From the NCBI GenBank assembly GCA_050952625.1, contig JBMNLH010000001.1, positions 704,001 to 768,000 on the forward strand: a DNA stretch of 64,000 nt. Reading direction: 5' to 3'. The stretch comes from Bacillota bacterium. GTDB lineage: Bacteria; Bacillota; Ch66; Ch109. The notes under the pieces were generated by a model. That model did no database searches. It saw nothing but the letters and a program-made list of their open reading frames with translations, and was not told the DNA's origin. Positions 41,501 to 51,588 of the stretch are shown piece by piece; position 1 is the stretch's first letter; each line of letters begins with the position of its first letter. A program made the position numbers and the translations under genes.

Positions 41501-42856
41501 GCAGTGATTAGGGATCGGGTACCGGTCAGCCGGCCCAAAGAAGCGGCGTCTTCTGTGCTTAAACGGATCGTTTTCACCGAAGAAATGAGGCAGCAGCATA
41601 CTATTCTGTGTCCCCAGATGGCCCCGATTCATTTTGATTTTTTAGAAACTGTTTTTAATAGTGAAGGATTTAATATTGAATTACTGCCCACCGTAGACAA
41701 GCAGGCCATAGATGAAGGGGTTAAATATGTCAACAATGACGCTTGCTACCCGGCGATTGTGGTTATTGGGCAGCTGTTAACCGCTCTGCAGTCGGGCAAA
41801 TATGATCTGAATAAGACCACCGTCGTTATCAGTCAGACTGGCGGGGGGTGCCGCGCGACTAACTATATCGGCTTATTACGGAAAGCCCTCAAAGAGGCAG
41901 GATTTCCCAATATTCCGGTCTTATCAGCTAACCTTTATGGAGCCGAAGACAATCCCGGATTCAAAATTACCCGCAAACTGCTACGGAAGGCAGTGAACGG
42001 GGTTGTTTATGGGGACTTATTGATGCGGGTCTTGCACCGGGTGAGGCCTTACGAAAAGATTCCGGGTTCGGCAGATTTGCTCTATAAGAAATGGGCCGAA
42101 CGCTGTAAAGAGCAGCTTATAATTGGCGATAAAAAGGGCTTTAAAGAAAACTTAAGGGGCATTGTTGAAGAATTTGACCAGTTGGAAATATCAAATGTCG
42201 CAAAACCGCGGGTGGGTGTGGTCGGGGAAATCCTGGTTAAATACCATCCGGCGGCTAATAATAATATCGTGCGGCTTTTGGAAGAAGAAGGAGCGGAAGT
42301 ACTGCTGCCCGACTTGTTGGATTTTTTCTTGTACTCTGCTTACGATAAAATCTTTATCTCAAAGGTTTTATCAGGAAAGATCAGCGATTTATTAGCGGGT
42401 AAATTGTTTGTCCATTATTTGCAAAGCAGTCGAAAATTCATGAATTTATGTTTGGATCAAAGTCATCGGTTTAGTGCACCCAGCTCAATCTATCATAAGG
42501 CCAGTCTAGCCAGCCAGATTATGTCGTTGGGACATCATTGTGGTGAGGGTTGGTTTCTAACTGCGGAAATGATTGATTTAATCAAGCACGGAGTGTCAAA
42601 CATCGTGTGTGTGCAACCTTTTGGTTGTCTGCCTAACCATGTCACTGGAAAAGGGATGATCAAAAAAATAAAAGCCAATTATCCGCAAGCCAATATAACG
42701 GCCATCGACTATGATCCGGGTGCCAGTGAGGTTAATCAGTTGAATCGTCTGAAACTCATGCTATCAGTTGCCTTTAAAAATATGCTGTCAACTGATGAAT
42801 CTTATCCTACTCTTAGTCTGCCGACGATGTCTTATGTGCCGATTTCTCAGCAATAA
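38579..42856 (+). CDS. fused double CoA-activase plus two dehydratase/reductase-like modules (PlsAR/Ger-like)
   Basis: Two activase domains ([14 protein letters not shown]; [14 protein letters not shown]), CSGCGNNC linker, [23 protein letters not shown]. Confidence 0.85.
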   Translation: MLRMGLDVGSTTVKLVIMDDNGAIIYQNYQRHYAETIKHTKELLINAFKQIGNRPLTVMITGSAGLAISSWLGIKHVQEVIACNQAIERFIPQTDVAIELGGEDAKITFFRGGLDQRMNGICAGGTGAFIDQMATLLGTDSLGLNELAKRYSTIYPVAARCGVFAKTDIQVLLNEGARKEDVAASVFQAVVYQTISGLACGKSITGQVAFLGGPLHFLSELRQRFKDTLKLNDHQALFPDRAQFFVAIGAALASRGSSAINLPALIRRLEELDISDHHELSRLQPLFNNVDELVSFRQRHEAHQVTRRDLATFAGDCFLGLDAGSTTTKAVLIDEEGSLLYSFYGNNTGSPLSSALNILQDLYRQLPSAAKIAKAVVTGYGEGLLKAALRFDVGEVETIAHYTAAQFFNPGVDLILDIGGQDMKCLKIKDGVIENVMLNEACSSGCGSFIETFGHSLNIPVQDFAELALSADKPVDLGTRCTVFMNSMVKQAQKEGATVGDISAGIAYSVIKNALFKVMKLRKAEDLGEKIVVQGGTFKNDAVLRSLELITGKEVVRPNIAPLMGAFGAALIARNRHQKGQQSTLLSPEQLEQFSIQTRLNRCSGCGNNCLLTINRFKDGGRFISGNRCEKSLGKESNRSIPNLYDYKYKRLLSYEALPEEEAPRGVIGLPMVLNMYENYPFWFTFFTELGFRVQLSPRSSRALYELGTDTIPSDTACFPAKLVHGHIASLIQQGVKTIWYPSIIHERQEQLEANNNFNCPMVISYPEVIKNNMDMILENDVHLMNPFLPYNNQKQLVKRLHQELSAWQISKKEVARAVNKAWQEDLRFKEDIRQKGAEILAYLEETGQQGIVLAGRPYHIDPEINHGIPEIITSLGVAVLTEDAVAHLGKVERPIRVIDQWMYHSRLYAAASFVSHQANLELVQLNSFGCGLDAITTDQVQEILSAHGKIYTALKIDEGANLGAAKIRLRSLLAVIRDRVPVSRPKEAASSVLKRIVFTEEMRQQHTILCPQMAPIHFDFLETVFNSEGFNIELLPTVDKQAIDEGVKYVNNDACYPAIVVIGQLLTALQSGKYDLNKTTVVISQTGGGCRATNYIGLLRKALKEAGFPNIPVLSANLYGAEDNPGFKITRKLLRKAVNGVVYGDLLMRVLHRVRPYEKIPGSADLLYKKWAERCKEQLIIGDKKGFKENLRGIVEEFDQLEISNVAKPRVGVVGEILVKYHPAANNNIVRLLEEEGAEVLLPDLLDFFLYSAYDKIFISKVLSGKISDLLAGKLFVHYLQSSRKFMNLCLDQSHRFSAPSSIYHKASLASQIMSLGHHCGEGWFLTAEMIDLIKHGVSNIVCVQPFGCLPNHVTGKGMIKKIKANYPQANITAIDYDPGASEVNQLNRLKLMLSVAFKNMLSTDESYPTLSLPTMSYVPISQQ

Positions 42857-42883
42857 CCGGCCGGAGTTTATAATGCTTTCTCA

Positions 42884-42922
42884 AACAAAGACCCTGTCGC
42901 TCACGTCGACAGGGTCTTTGTT
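42884..42922. terminator. bidirectional terminator
   Basis: 16-bp perfect inverted repeat between convergent genes. Confidence 0.8.
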
Positions 42923-42944
42923 AATCAATGAGAAATCACAAGCG

Positions 42945-45023
42945 TTACTGTTTTTGGATCCGACAAGGGAGATGTTTTAGATTCGGCGTCCCAAATTCCT
43001 TACCTAACTTATCGATCGAGGTAAGCATATTCAGGTTTGATTTACGCCACTCGTACTGTTCGGTCGGGTCTCCTTCCGGATACCACCACCCAATCGCCGC
43101 ACAAATAACTTGGGGCAGGATAGTGTCCGTAACTCGGGCTACCTGGACGATCTTGCCTTTCTTAGTTTCGATAAGGACATTATCCCCGTTGTTGATCCCA
43201 TTGGCGGCCGCCGTCTCAGGGTGGATTTCCACAAAGGGGTGAGGTTCTTGTTGTCGGAGTCTATCCACCCACCGATAGGAAGAATGGAGGAAATAACGAC
43301 TTTTGGCACTGATTAAAGTCAAAGGATACTCGGGATCTTGCTCCTCGGGCAACCCGGTGAATTCCGGCAGTGGTTTTAGTTTAAATTTTTCCGCGGTACT
43401 CAGTTTTAATTCTACCTTTCCGGTTGGTGTTCGAAAACCTTTTTCCAGATAAGACCGAAAACGATCTGGCCCTTTTAAATAGCCTTTGGCCACGAACTCT
43501 TTATAGCTTAACCCGGCTGGTCGCAGCAGATCCTCCAGGAATTCCTCATGATCCTCGTGCCATAATTCTGGGGAGGATACTCGTTTGCCCAGCTCATTCA
43601 TAATCTTCATGTCCGGCCAGCACTCTCCCGGCGGGTCGACAATCTTTGGTCGGGCAAAGATCATACCATGTCCGATACCGTAGTGACCAATATCATTCAT
43701 CTCATACTGGTGAGCCACCGGGAAAACAATATCTGCCAACGCAGCACTCGGGGTCATAAACATGTCGGCAATCGCGATAAAATCAAGACTCTTAAAAGCT
43801 TCATAGGTTACCTGGCTGTCAGCCCAATTCACTAGGGGATTCGTACACATGCCGTAGTATCCGCGAACCGGATAGGGAATTCCTTCGAGCACTGCCTTTC
43901 GGAAATAGGCCGGAGCAATGGTCATTAATCTCGGAATAACCCGGTGGTAGGCACTAATCATCTCTTTTGCTTTGGTAGGAATAAGATCGGCGCGAACGAA
44001 TTGTCCTAAGCCCATGATCTTGGGATCGTGAGCATGGATATTGCCCCCTGGCACTTCCAGATTGGCGGTAATGCCCATCAGACAAACCAAGGCCCGGGTA
44101 TAGTCGAAAGTGTGAATCGAATGTTCGATCGCATTGCCCCACATGATAGTAGCCGGTTTTGCTTCGGCATACATTCGAGCCGCTTGACGAATAAGATCTG
44201 CTGGCACACCGGTGATCTCTGCCACCTTTTCTGGACTGTAGTTTTCGACATGCTGGGCTAGTTCCTCAAATCCATAAGTGTACTGGTCAACAAATTCATG
44301 ATCGTATAAAGATTCCTTAATAATTACATTTAAGAACCCTAAGGCCAAGGCTGGTCCAGTCCCAGGCTTGAGCTGCAGCCAGAGATCTGCCCTAGCGGCC
44401 AAGTCAGTCTTGCGGGGATCGACCACAATCAGCTTGGCCCCTTTTTTAACTTGGTCCAGGACGAGAACACCTATCTGTCCTTCCTCGTTGGTGGCCAGTG
44501 AATTTGTCCCCCAGGCCAAAATTAGGTTGGTCGGGTTGTGAAGGTCAGCCACTGGGTAAAAACCACAGGTATGCACCCCTGTCATTTCTCTAGGGGCATG
44601 ACAGACATCTTGAGAGGCAATAACGTTTGGGGAACCAAATATATTAGCCAGCCTAATCAGTACGAAATGCTCGAGTCCTTTAGGCATTCCCACCCCAAAG
44701 CCTACGGCCTTGGCCCCGTATTTCTCCTTGATTTCTAATAGATTATTAGCTGTCTCCTCAAGTGCCTCATCCCAGGAAATGCGTTGCCATTTCCCCCCGC
44801 CTCGTTTACCCGCTCGTTTGAGTGGATGCTGGAGACGATCTGGGTGAGTTAGTCGATCGGCCGAGGCTCGTCCTTTGAAGCAGGTATATCCATGGTTCAA
44901 ATAGCCATCAGGGTCACCTTTGATTTTTTCGATTCGGTTGTTCTTAACTCCTACTAACAGAGCACACCCCCCATGGTCCATTCGGGCACAGTGTGTTTTC
45001 ACCCAACGGATTTCTTCTGTCAT
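42945..45023 (-). CDS. bis-MGD molybdo/tungstoenzyme, acetylene-hydratase-like subgroup
   Basis: HPDRL.HPLKR, WQRISWDEAL, GSPN....VC, TPTGKVEL, C-terminal MGD-binding domain; no Tat signal. Confidence 0.88.
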   Translation of the reverse strand: MTEEIRWVKTHCARMDHGGCALLVGVKNNRIEKIKGDPDGYLNHGYTCFKGRASADRLTHPDRLQHPLKRAGKRGGGKWQRISWDEALEETANNLLEIKEKYGAKAVGFGVGMPKGLEHFVLIRLANIFGSPNVIASQDVCHAPREMTGVHTCGFYPVADLHNPTNLILAWGTNSLATNEEGQIGVLVLDQVKKGAKLIVVDPRKTDLAARADLWLQLKPGTGPALALGFLNVIIKESLYDHEFVDQYTYGFEELAQHVENYSPEKVAEITGVPADLIRQAARMYAEAKPATIMWGNAIEHSIHTFDYTRALVCLMGITANLEVPGGNIHAHDPKIMGLGQFVRADLIPTKAKEMISAYHRVIPRLMTIAPAYFRKAVLEGIPYPVRGYYGMCTNPLVNWADSQVTYEAFKSLDFIAIADMFMTPSAALADIVFPVAHQYEMNDIGHYGIGHGMIFARPKIVDPPGECWPDMKIMNELGKRVSSPELWHEDHEEFLEDLLRPAGLSYKEFVAKGYLKGPDRFRSYLEKGFRTPTGKVELKLSTAEKFKLKPLPEFTGLPEEQDPEYPLTLISAKSRYFLHSSYRWVDRLRQQEPHPFVEIHPETAAANGINNGDNVLIETKKGKIVQVARVTDTILPQVICAAIGWWYPEGDPTEQYEWRKSNLNMLTSIDKLGKEFGTPNLKHLPCRIQKQ

Positions 45024-45208
45024 TTTTGTAACCCTCCCTTATATATTGTTTGCCGCATCTAGCGACTACGACAGCCTGAGTAAATAACAAAAATTATCCA
45101 ATCTGTTGCTTCAATAATGCAATTAAGGTAATTGCATTTAATGCAATGTTGCAATATTATAATTTTTTGTTTTAGGTTAAGGCTAAAAAATGTCAAATCG
45201 ATGTTGGT

Positions 45209-45538
45209 TTATATTATTTGGGCTATCCAGTTGCTAAGAGCCATAATCCCTATTCCAACGACGAGCGTGTAAAAAAGGCTCCGGGTATAAATGGCGACCA
45301 ACATAGTGGGAATAAAGACCCAGATATAGCGGTTGCTGACACTGATATCCAGGGTGCCATGAGGGGCTAAAATACTGACAGCCAGCAAAGCACCAAGCAC
45401 AGCGGGAGCAATATAGGACAACCACTCTTTCAATTTCTCAGGAAATTCAAACCGGGAAAATATTATTACCGGTAAAACTCTAGGAATTGCTGTCGCTAAG
45501 GACATACCAATAATTAACCAGAATAGATCAGTCTTCAT
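45209..45538 (-). CDS. azlD: AzlD-family amino-acid exporter subunit
   Basis: PRVLP, L.YIAPAVLGAL; overlaps azlC. Confidence 0.85.
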   Translation of the reverse strand: MKTDLFWLIIGMSLATAIPRVLPVIIFSRFEFPEKLKEWLSYIAPAVLGALLAVSILAPHGTLDISVSNRYIWVFIPTMLVAIYTRSLFYTLVVGIGIMALSNWIAQII

Positions 45539-46221
45539 CGCTTAAATAACACTCCTGCAGTTGCAGCCACCACGGCAGCCACAATTATATTAGAAAGATT
45601 ACTCAGAGTGACTGGAAAAACATAAGCCATGATTAAACAAACAGCAACGGCAATTAACGCGGTAATTAGGTGACGTTGGCTGGTAATCACTAAAACCAGC
45701 AGAATTGCATACATACCCGGTAATGCAAAATCCAGACCGAACCGGGAAGGATCGGTTATTAGATAGCCAAAGGTGGCCCCGGAAAAGCCGCTGATGACCC
45801 AGGAAGCGTAAGAAGTGAGGTTTAGACTAGCGATATAGGGAACACTAGCCGGTTTCTTCGCGTAATAAACCATCGACACTGCATAAGTCTCATCAGTTAA
45901 CCCTAGCATTAAGGCGGCAGCACTTCTGGTAGGGAGTATTTTAAGGTAAGGAATCAGTGAAGTGGAAAACAAGGCATAACGCAGATTAACCAATAGATTC
46001 GCTAAGATAATTGTAATAGGTGATGCTCCGGCCGCCAGGAGACCTAAAGCGATGTATTGTCCAGCCCCGGTGAAACACATTATGGACATAAAGGTAGCCT
46101 CTGCAACCGTAAGGCCAGTTTCGCTAGCTAGTACCCCAAAGGCAAACCCTAAGGGTACATATCCAAGTACAACCGGGACGGCGTCTTTTATTCCCTCGGC
46201 AACTGCATTTTTCTGCGGCAA
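45535..46221 (-). CDS. azlC: AzlC-family amino-acid exporter permease
   Basis: GYVPLGFAFG, FTGAGQY, VNLRY, LTDETYA, GLDFAL. Confidence 0.9.
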   Translation of the reverse strand: MPQKNAVAEGIKDAVPVVLGYVPLGFAFGVLASETGLTVAEATFMSIMCFTGAGQYIALGLLAAGASPITIILANLLVNLRYALFSTSLIPYLKILPTRSAAALMLGLTDETYAVSMVYYAKKPASVPYIASLNLTSYASWVISGFSGATFGYLITDPSRFGLDFALPGMYAILLVLVITSQRHLITALIAVAVCLIMAYVFPVTLSNLSNIIVAAVVAATAGVLFKR

Positions 46222-46333
46222 TTAAAACGTTCCTTTCATCAATGACTTGTCATGAATACTTAGATATTGGTGTGGATACACTTGTCATGAAGTCTTATTC
46301 TTATAATGCTTAATGTATTTCTCTGGTTTTATC

Positions 46334-46443
46334 TGAATCAATAGACTCCCGCTTCTATAAGTGGGGGTTACCTTGTTTAAACTTCAGGTGGAGTAGAGTC
46401 TCCATCTGAAGCCTCGAGGTTCAGCGAAGCTGAACGAGTTCAC
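46334..46443 (+). repeat. dispersed repeat family B copy 3 (best preserved)
   Basis: Three hairpins ending GAGTTCAC; overlaps stop codon of the convergent gene. Confidence 0.85.
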
Positions 46444-46898
46444 TAAACGGGCTGGTCTTTTACTCTGCGTTGAAAATATAGAAATACCGGGAAGGGGATC
46501 ACGATCCAACCAAAGCTTTTTATGAGGCTATTGATGGCTCTTTCTTTGATTCGTGTTTTTTCATTAGCTACCATTTGGTCATATTGACTTTTAAGTTCGG
46601 CATCGGGCAAAGTTTGTTCTTGTTTTAACTGCCTGAGCTTATAGTCTTCAAAACTCTGATAATAACCGGTTGGAGAAATAAGGTCCGCAATCGACATAAA
46701 GGCAGCCACCGTGCCGCCGATCGTCATCATTAAGGTTGCAAAAAGAACCAAGTAAACATAGACGGTTTTGATCATCTCGTGACCCCTTTCCACATTTTCT
46801 TCATTAATCCTTTTTATCCCGGACGCACCGGCGATAATGAAAAAAATGATAACTAATAATAGCAGACTAAAGGCAATAGTCACCGCTATTCTGACCAC
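46443..46898 (-). CDS. hypothetical membrane protein
   Basis: GAGGTG SD region; three hydrophobic segments. Confidence 0.75.
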   Translation of the reverse strand: MVRIAVTIAFSLLLLVIIFFIIAGASGIKRINEENVERGHEMIKTVYVYLVLFATLMMTIGGTVAAFMSIADLISPTGYYQSFEDYKLRQLKQEQTLPDAELKSQYDQMVANEKTRIKERAINSLIKSFGWIVIPFPVFLYFQRRVKDQPV

Positions 46899-46943
46899 CT
46901 CGCATTTAGAAATTGTTTTCTAAGCTAACACTATTGTAGTTTA

Positions 46944-46971
46944 AATTCTCCGAATTCCCTCGGAATCCTTC
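46944..46971 (-). promoter_or_regulatory. putative sigma-H promoter
   Basis: GAAGGATT...GAGAATT on minus strand. Confidence 0.45.
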
Positions 46972-47047
46972 TAGAATTGCTTTACAGGGCAATGTTTTTA
47001 CATAATATGTTTTGTGGGATAACGCCCTATCGCCTGAGACACTGATG

Positions 47048-47077
47048 TTGACGGCTTGTTTCAATAAGTGTTATAAT
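47048..47077 (+). promoter_or_regulatory. sigma-A promoter of rib operon
   Basis: TTGACG-18-TATAAT with TG extension. Confidence 0.7.
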
Positions 47078-47099
47078 ATATTCCAAATCAAATATTGCG

Positions 47100-47238
47100 T
47101 TTCCTTCGGGGACTGGTGAAATTCCGTACCGGCGGTGAGCTGATTCAGCGAGCCCGCGAGCCTACGATTATGATTAGTGGTGGGCTGATCTGGTGAAATT
47201 CCAGAGCCGACAGTGATAGTCTGGATGGGAGAAGGATA
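47100..47238 (+). ncRNA. FMN riboswitch (RFN element)
   Basis: CTTCGGGG..GGTGAAATTCC..ACCGGCGGT...AGCCCGCGA...GCCGACAGT..AGTCTGGATGGGAGAAG upstream of rib genes. Confidence 0.96.
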
Positions 47239-47390
47239 AAAAGCAGGGCAAAAGGTCTGAGTTTTAGTATGGCTATCTGCAAGGGCATGCAGTGTTGGCC
47301 ATTTAACAGGGCGTGATTTTAAGGATTAACGCTTATTGAGGTATGTCTTGAAAACTCTTTTGTCATGTTTTATATTTCTTTTTTCATTTC

Positions 47391-47412
47391 CCCGAGACTC
47401 TCGGGTTTTTTT
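47391..47412 (+). terminator. riboswitch-associated intrinsic terminator
   Basis: CCCGAGA/TCTCGGG hairpin followed by T7. Confidence 0.75.
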
Positions 47413-47571
47413 ATTTCATAATCAAAAAGTATCAGTGGCCTTTCTGATTATAAGTAAGTGCAACTAAGCTTCTTCCTGCGCCAAAGGCTTGACGTAAGCC
47501 AAGTTTTCTTTAAGTTGACTGAAAAATTTTCGACTAGAGAGTTAGTTAAGCTTAAATTTAAGGGGGCTTGA

Positions 47572-48705
47572 TTGTTGCTCAGCCAACTTGATTATGATCA
47601 GTTTTTTATTAAATACTCGTTGAAGCTGGCAGCCCGGGCCATAGGCCGCACCAGCCCCAATCCGATGGTTGGTGCGGTAGTGGTTAAGGAGGGGCAGATT
47701 CGAGGGGAAGGATACCATCAAAAAGCGGGCACCCCACATGCGGAGATTCATGCTCTGCATCAGGCTGGAGAAGCAGCCCGAGGGGCAACGTTATACGTTA
47801 CTCTGGAGCCCTGTTCTCATTATGGTCGAACTCCACCTTGCAGCCAGGCAGTTATTCAAGCCGGGATTAAACGGGTGGTTGTGGCCATGGTTGATCCTAA
47901 TCCAGAGGTATCCGGTCGGGGTTTGCAACAACTGGCGAACGCGGGGATTGAAGTAGTCAGCGGAGTTATGGAGGAAGAAGCCAGACAATTAAATGAAGTC
48001 TTTATCAAGTATATCACTACTCGGTTACCGTTTGTCGTGCTGAAGAGTGCCATGACTCTGGATGGTAAGACAGCGACGCGAACCGGACATGCTTTTTGGG
48101 TAACCGGAACTGAAGCAAGGGAAGAGGTTCACCGCCTGCGTGATCGCTATGATGCCATTATGGTCGGTATTGGTACAGTATTGGCTGATGATCCCCAACT
48201 GACTACGCGGTTGTCTAATGGGCAACCAGGGAAAGATCCGATCCGAGTGGTGGTTGATAGTTCCCTTCGTTTGCCAAAAACGGCACGAGTAATAAACCAT
48301 CTTTCTAGTGCCCCAACGATAGTGGCTACTACGCATCAAGCTCCCCGGGAACGGAGACGGATGCTAGAGGCACGAGGGGTTGAAGTAGTCGTGGTTGATG
48401 GTGAAGGTGATCGAGTTAATCTAAAAAATCTGATGGCCTTACTGGGCAGTCGAGAAATTACATCGGTTCTCCTCGAGGGTGGAGCTACCTTAAATGCTTC
48501 GGCTTTAGAGGCTGGAGTGGTGGATAAACTAATTACTTTTATTGCTCCCAAGATTATCGGGGGCAAAGAGGCCCCCGGTATGGTGGGTGGCTTAGGTCAG
48601 GCACGAATGGACGACGCTTACTTGCTGGAAAGAATTAAGGTTGCCCATTTTGGTGAGGATCTCATGCTTTCCGGTTATATACAAAAGGATAAGGATGTGA
48701 TTTAA
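47572..48705 (+). CDS. ribD: riboflavin deaminase/reductase
   Basis: PNPMVG, HAE, EPCSHYGRTPPC, EGG. Confidence 0.96.
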   Translation: MLLSQLDYDQFFIKYSLKLAARAIGRTSPNPMVGAVVVKEGQIRGEGYHQKAGTPHAEIHALHQAGEAARGATLYVTLEPCSHYGRTPPCSQAVIQAGIKRVVVAMVDPNPEVSGRGLQQLANAGIEVVSGVMEEEARQLNEVFIKYITTRLPFVVLKSAMTLDGKTATRTGHAFWVTGTEAREEVHRLRDRYDAIMVGIGTVLADDPQLTTRLSNGQPGKDPIRVVVDSSLRLPKTARVINHLSSAPTIVATTHQAPRERRRMLEARGVEVVVVDGEGDRVNLKNLMALLGSREITSVLLEGGATLNASALEAGVVDKLITFIAPKIIGGKEAPGMVGGLGQARMDDAYLLERIKVAHFGEDLMLSGYIQKDKDVI

Positions 48706-48706
48706 A

Positions 48707-49423
48707 CTGTTCACCGGATTAGTTGAAGAAATGGGCCGAGTGCATAGTATACGGCACGGATCGCGTTCAGCCCGGTTGATAATTAAGGCTGACGTGGTAC
48801 TACCGGGAGTTAAACTAGGAGATAGTATCGCGGTCAATGGGGTCTGTTTAACGGTTACTGAGTTTAATGCCTCTACTTTTGTAGTGGATGTAATGGCGGA
48901 AACCTTAAAACGGACCAATCTAGGTCGCTTGGTTCCGGGTGATCGAGTTAACCTGGAACGGGCACTACGAGTTGGGGATCGGCTCGGAGGGCATATTGTA
49001 AGTGGCCATATAGATGGAGTGGGCAGTATCCTGCGTGAAGAGAAGCAGGACATTGCCAGGATAATTGAAATAAGTGCGCCACCCGGAGTTGCCCGCTACA
49101 CGATTGAAAAAGGTTCGATAACTGTGGATGGGATTAGTTTGACGATAGTCAGCGTAACTGACCACAGTTTTACTTTGTCTCTGATTCCTCATACCGCCAA
49201 TATGACTACGCTGGGTTTTAAGGGAGTTGGTGATACGGTTAATTTGGAAGCTGATATTATCGGAAAATACGTTGAAAGACTGCTTGGTCGTGGAAGACTG
49301 GGAGAATTTGGCGAAATCAATGAGGCTCAAACCGATTCCCATTTCCCTGATGCCACTGGAAGTACTGTGGCCGGTGGCGGTTTAACGCTGGAAATGTTAG
49401 TTAAGTCAGGCTTTCTTGAATAG
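48707..49423 (+). CDS. ribE: riboflavin synthase alpha chain (CTG start)
   Basis: In-frame CTG gives MFTGLVEE; NGVCLTV, GGHIVSGH. Confidence 0.93.
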   Translation: MFTGLVEEMGRVHSIRHGSRSARLIIKADVVLPGVKLGDSIAVNGVCLTVTEFNASTFVVDVMAETLKRTNLGRLVPGDRVNLERALRVGDRLGGHIVSGHIDGVGSILREEKQDIARIIEISAPPGVARYTIEKGSITVDGISLTIVSVTDHSFTLSLIPHTANMTTLGFKGVGDTVNLEADIIGKYVERLLGRGRLGEFGEINEAQTDSHFPDATGSTVAGGGLTLEMLVKSGFLE

Positions 49424-49539
49424 GCTTAATCTCACCTAAGCAGTGCCATCAGTAAATGAAGAATCAACATCACGTTAATTGTCAGTTGTTTTTCCATGTA
49501 GGTCAAAATAGTAAGACAAGTGGAATAGGAGGGGGTTTC

Positions 49540-50739
49540 GTGAAATTAAATACCATTGAGGAGGCTATCCAGGATATTCGAGAAGGCAAAATGGTCATTG
49601 TTGTTGACGACGAGGACCGCGAGAACGAGGGCGACCTATTAATGGCTGCTGAAATGGTGACCCCAGAGGCGATTAATTTTATGGCCACCTATGGCCGAGG
49701 GTTAATCTGCATGCCGATTTGCGGTGAGCGTTTAGATGAACTAGAAATCCATGACATGGTAACCCAGAATAGTGATTACCTTGGAACAGCTTTTACTGTT
49801 TCTATTGATGCCATGGACACGACTACTGGGATTTCTGCCTTTGAACGAGCCCACACCGTTAAGAAAGTGTTGGATAAACAGACTCGACCTGAGGATATTC
49901 GACGGCCCGGCCATGTTTTTCCGTTGCGTTATAAGGAAGGAGGAGTTTTGCGTCGGGCGGGTCATACCGAGGCTTGTGTTGATCTGGCCAAGCTAGCCGG
50001 GTTTTATCCGGCTGGGGTGATTTGTGAGATAATGAATGAGGACGGAACCATGGCTCGGTTGCCTCAACTGCGGGTTTTTGCCAAAGCACACGGCTTGAAG
50101 ATTATTACAATTGCTGACTTGATTGAATACCGACGCCGGAATGAAAAACTAATCCGCCGGGTAGAAGCCGTCATGATGCCTAGTATGTATGGAAACTTTT
50201 CGGCGGTCGCTTATGAGAGTTTGTTAGACAAGCAGTGTCATATTGCGATGGTAAAAGGAAATATTTCTGAGAAAGAACCAGTGTTAGTCCGAGTCCATTC
50301 CGAATGTTTGACCGGCGATGTCTTTCGGTCTCGGCGTTGTGACTGTGGCGACCAACTTGCTCAGGCCTTAGCGATGATTGAGTCGGAAGGAGCCGGTGTT
50401 TTACTTTACATGCGCCAAGAAGGCCGTGGCATTGGTTTGCTGAATAAGATAAAGGCTTACAAGTTGCAGGAGCAGGGAAAAGATACCGTTGAGGCCAATG
50501 AAGCCCTGGGCTTCCCGGCAGACCTACGGGATTATGGAATTGGTGCTCAGATTTTGGTTGACCTCGGGGTGCGCAAGATGCGCTTGATGACCAATAACCC
50601 CCGCAAAGTAGCCGGGTTAGAAGGCCATAACCTGGAGATAGTAGAGCGGGTGCCGATAGAAATACGGCCGCAAAAAGATAATCAGCGTTACCTGCGCACC
50701 AAGAAAATAAAGTTGGGACACATGCTAGCGTCTATTTAA
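49540..50739 (+). CDS. ribBA: DHBP synthase / GTP cyclohydrolase II
   Basis: [23 protein letters not shown]; start set at GTG 49540. Confidence 0.96.
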   Translation: MKLNTIEEAIQDIREGKMVIVVDDEDRENEGDLLMAAEMVTPEAINFMATYGRGLICMPICGERLDELEIHDMVTQNSDYLGTAFTVSIDAMDTTTGISAFERAHTVKKVLDKQTRPEDIRRPGHVFPLRYKEGGVLRRAGHTEACVDLAKLAGFYPAGVICEIMNEDGTMARLPQLRVFAKAHGLKIITIADLIEYRRRNEKLIRRVEAVMMPSMYGNFSAVAYESLLDKQCHIAMVKGNISEKEPVLVRVHSECLTGDVFRSRRCDCGDQLAQALAMIESEGAGVLLYMRQEGRGIGLLNKIKAYKLQEQGKDTVEANEALGFPADLRDYGIGAQILVDLGVRKMRLMTNNPRKVAGLEGHNLEIVERVPIEIRPQKDNQRYLRTKKIKLGHMLASI

Positions 50740-50931
50740 GATACTTTTTAGGATACTTCAGCTATTTCACTAGACCCCTTTATGCTGCCATACACTAACT
50801 GGAAATAATAAATGATAATTGCGCAGTTTTGCAATAAAGTCGGTGATTGGTAGTTTCATCAATAACGGGGACAGCCACGGATATGCCGGTATCAGAATTT
50901 ATAAGATCTACAATTACAGGAGGTTTTCACG

Positions 50932-51399
50932 TTGACAAAGGTTTTCGAAGGTAAGTTAGTGGCAGAAGGGTTAAGGTTTGGTCTGGTGGTTGCACGTTTT
51001 AATGAATTTATTACTAGCAAACTATTAAGTGGTTGTATGGATGCCTTGCAGCGACATGGAGTTGAGGAAGATCAGATTGAAATGATCTGGGTTCCGGGAG
51101 CGTTTGAGATACCGCTAGCAGCCCAGAAATTGGCTAGTAAAGATTATGACGCGGTTATCTGCTTGGGGGCGGTCATTCGAGGGGCCACGCCTCATTTTGA
51201 GTATGTTGCTGCCGAGGTAACCAAAGGGATCGCTCAGGTGTCTTTACAATCAGCTAAACCGGTAGTTTATGGCGTGATTACAGCGGACACAATCGAACAA
51301 GCCATCGAACGGGCTGGTACCAAAGCGGGGAATAAAGGTTGGGATGCAGCGGTGACGGCGATCGAAATGGCTAACCTCTTACGCGAACTGGATCGATAG
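50932..51399 (+). CDS. ribH: lumazine synthase
   Basis: [26 protein letters not shown]. Confidence 0.97.
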   Translation: MTKVFEGKLVAEGLRFGLVVARFNEFITSKLLSGCMDALQRHGVEEDQIEMIWVPGAFEIPLAAQKLASKDYDAVICLGAVIRGATPHFEYVAAEVTKGIAQVSLQSAKPVVYGVITADTIEQAIERAGTKAGNKGWDAAVTAIEMANLLRELDR

Positions 51400-51434
51400 A
51401 CTTGATCATCAGCAACTAAATATTTAGATACAAC

Positions 51435-51469
51435 GCCACTACTGAACATTAGTTAAGTAGTGGCTTTTT
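51435..51469 (+). terminator. rib operon terminator
   Basis: GCCACTACT/AGTAGTGGC stem followed by T5. Confidence 0.75.
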
Positions 51470-51588
51470 AATAAATCATCGGATAATCGGTGATTTGACA
51501 AACGATTTTGCGTCAATACCATAAATATGGTAATCTAGAACTTGATAATTTGGATTAATATGATGATTTACAAAGTGAGGGAAATAGT

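Noticed and set aside
42945-45023. Selenocysteine recoding
   Set aside because: The ORF is uninterrupted and has Cys at the ligand position; no in-frame TGA.
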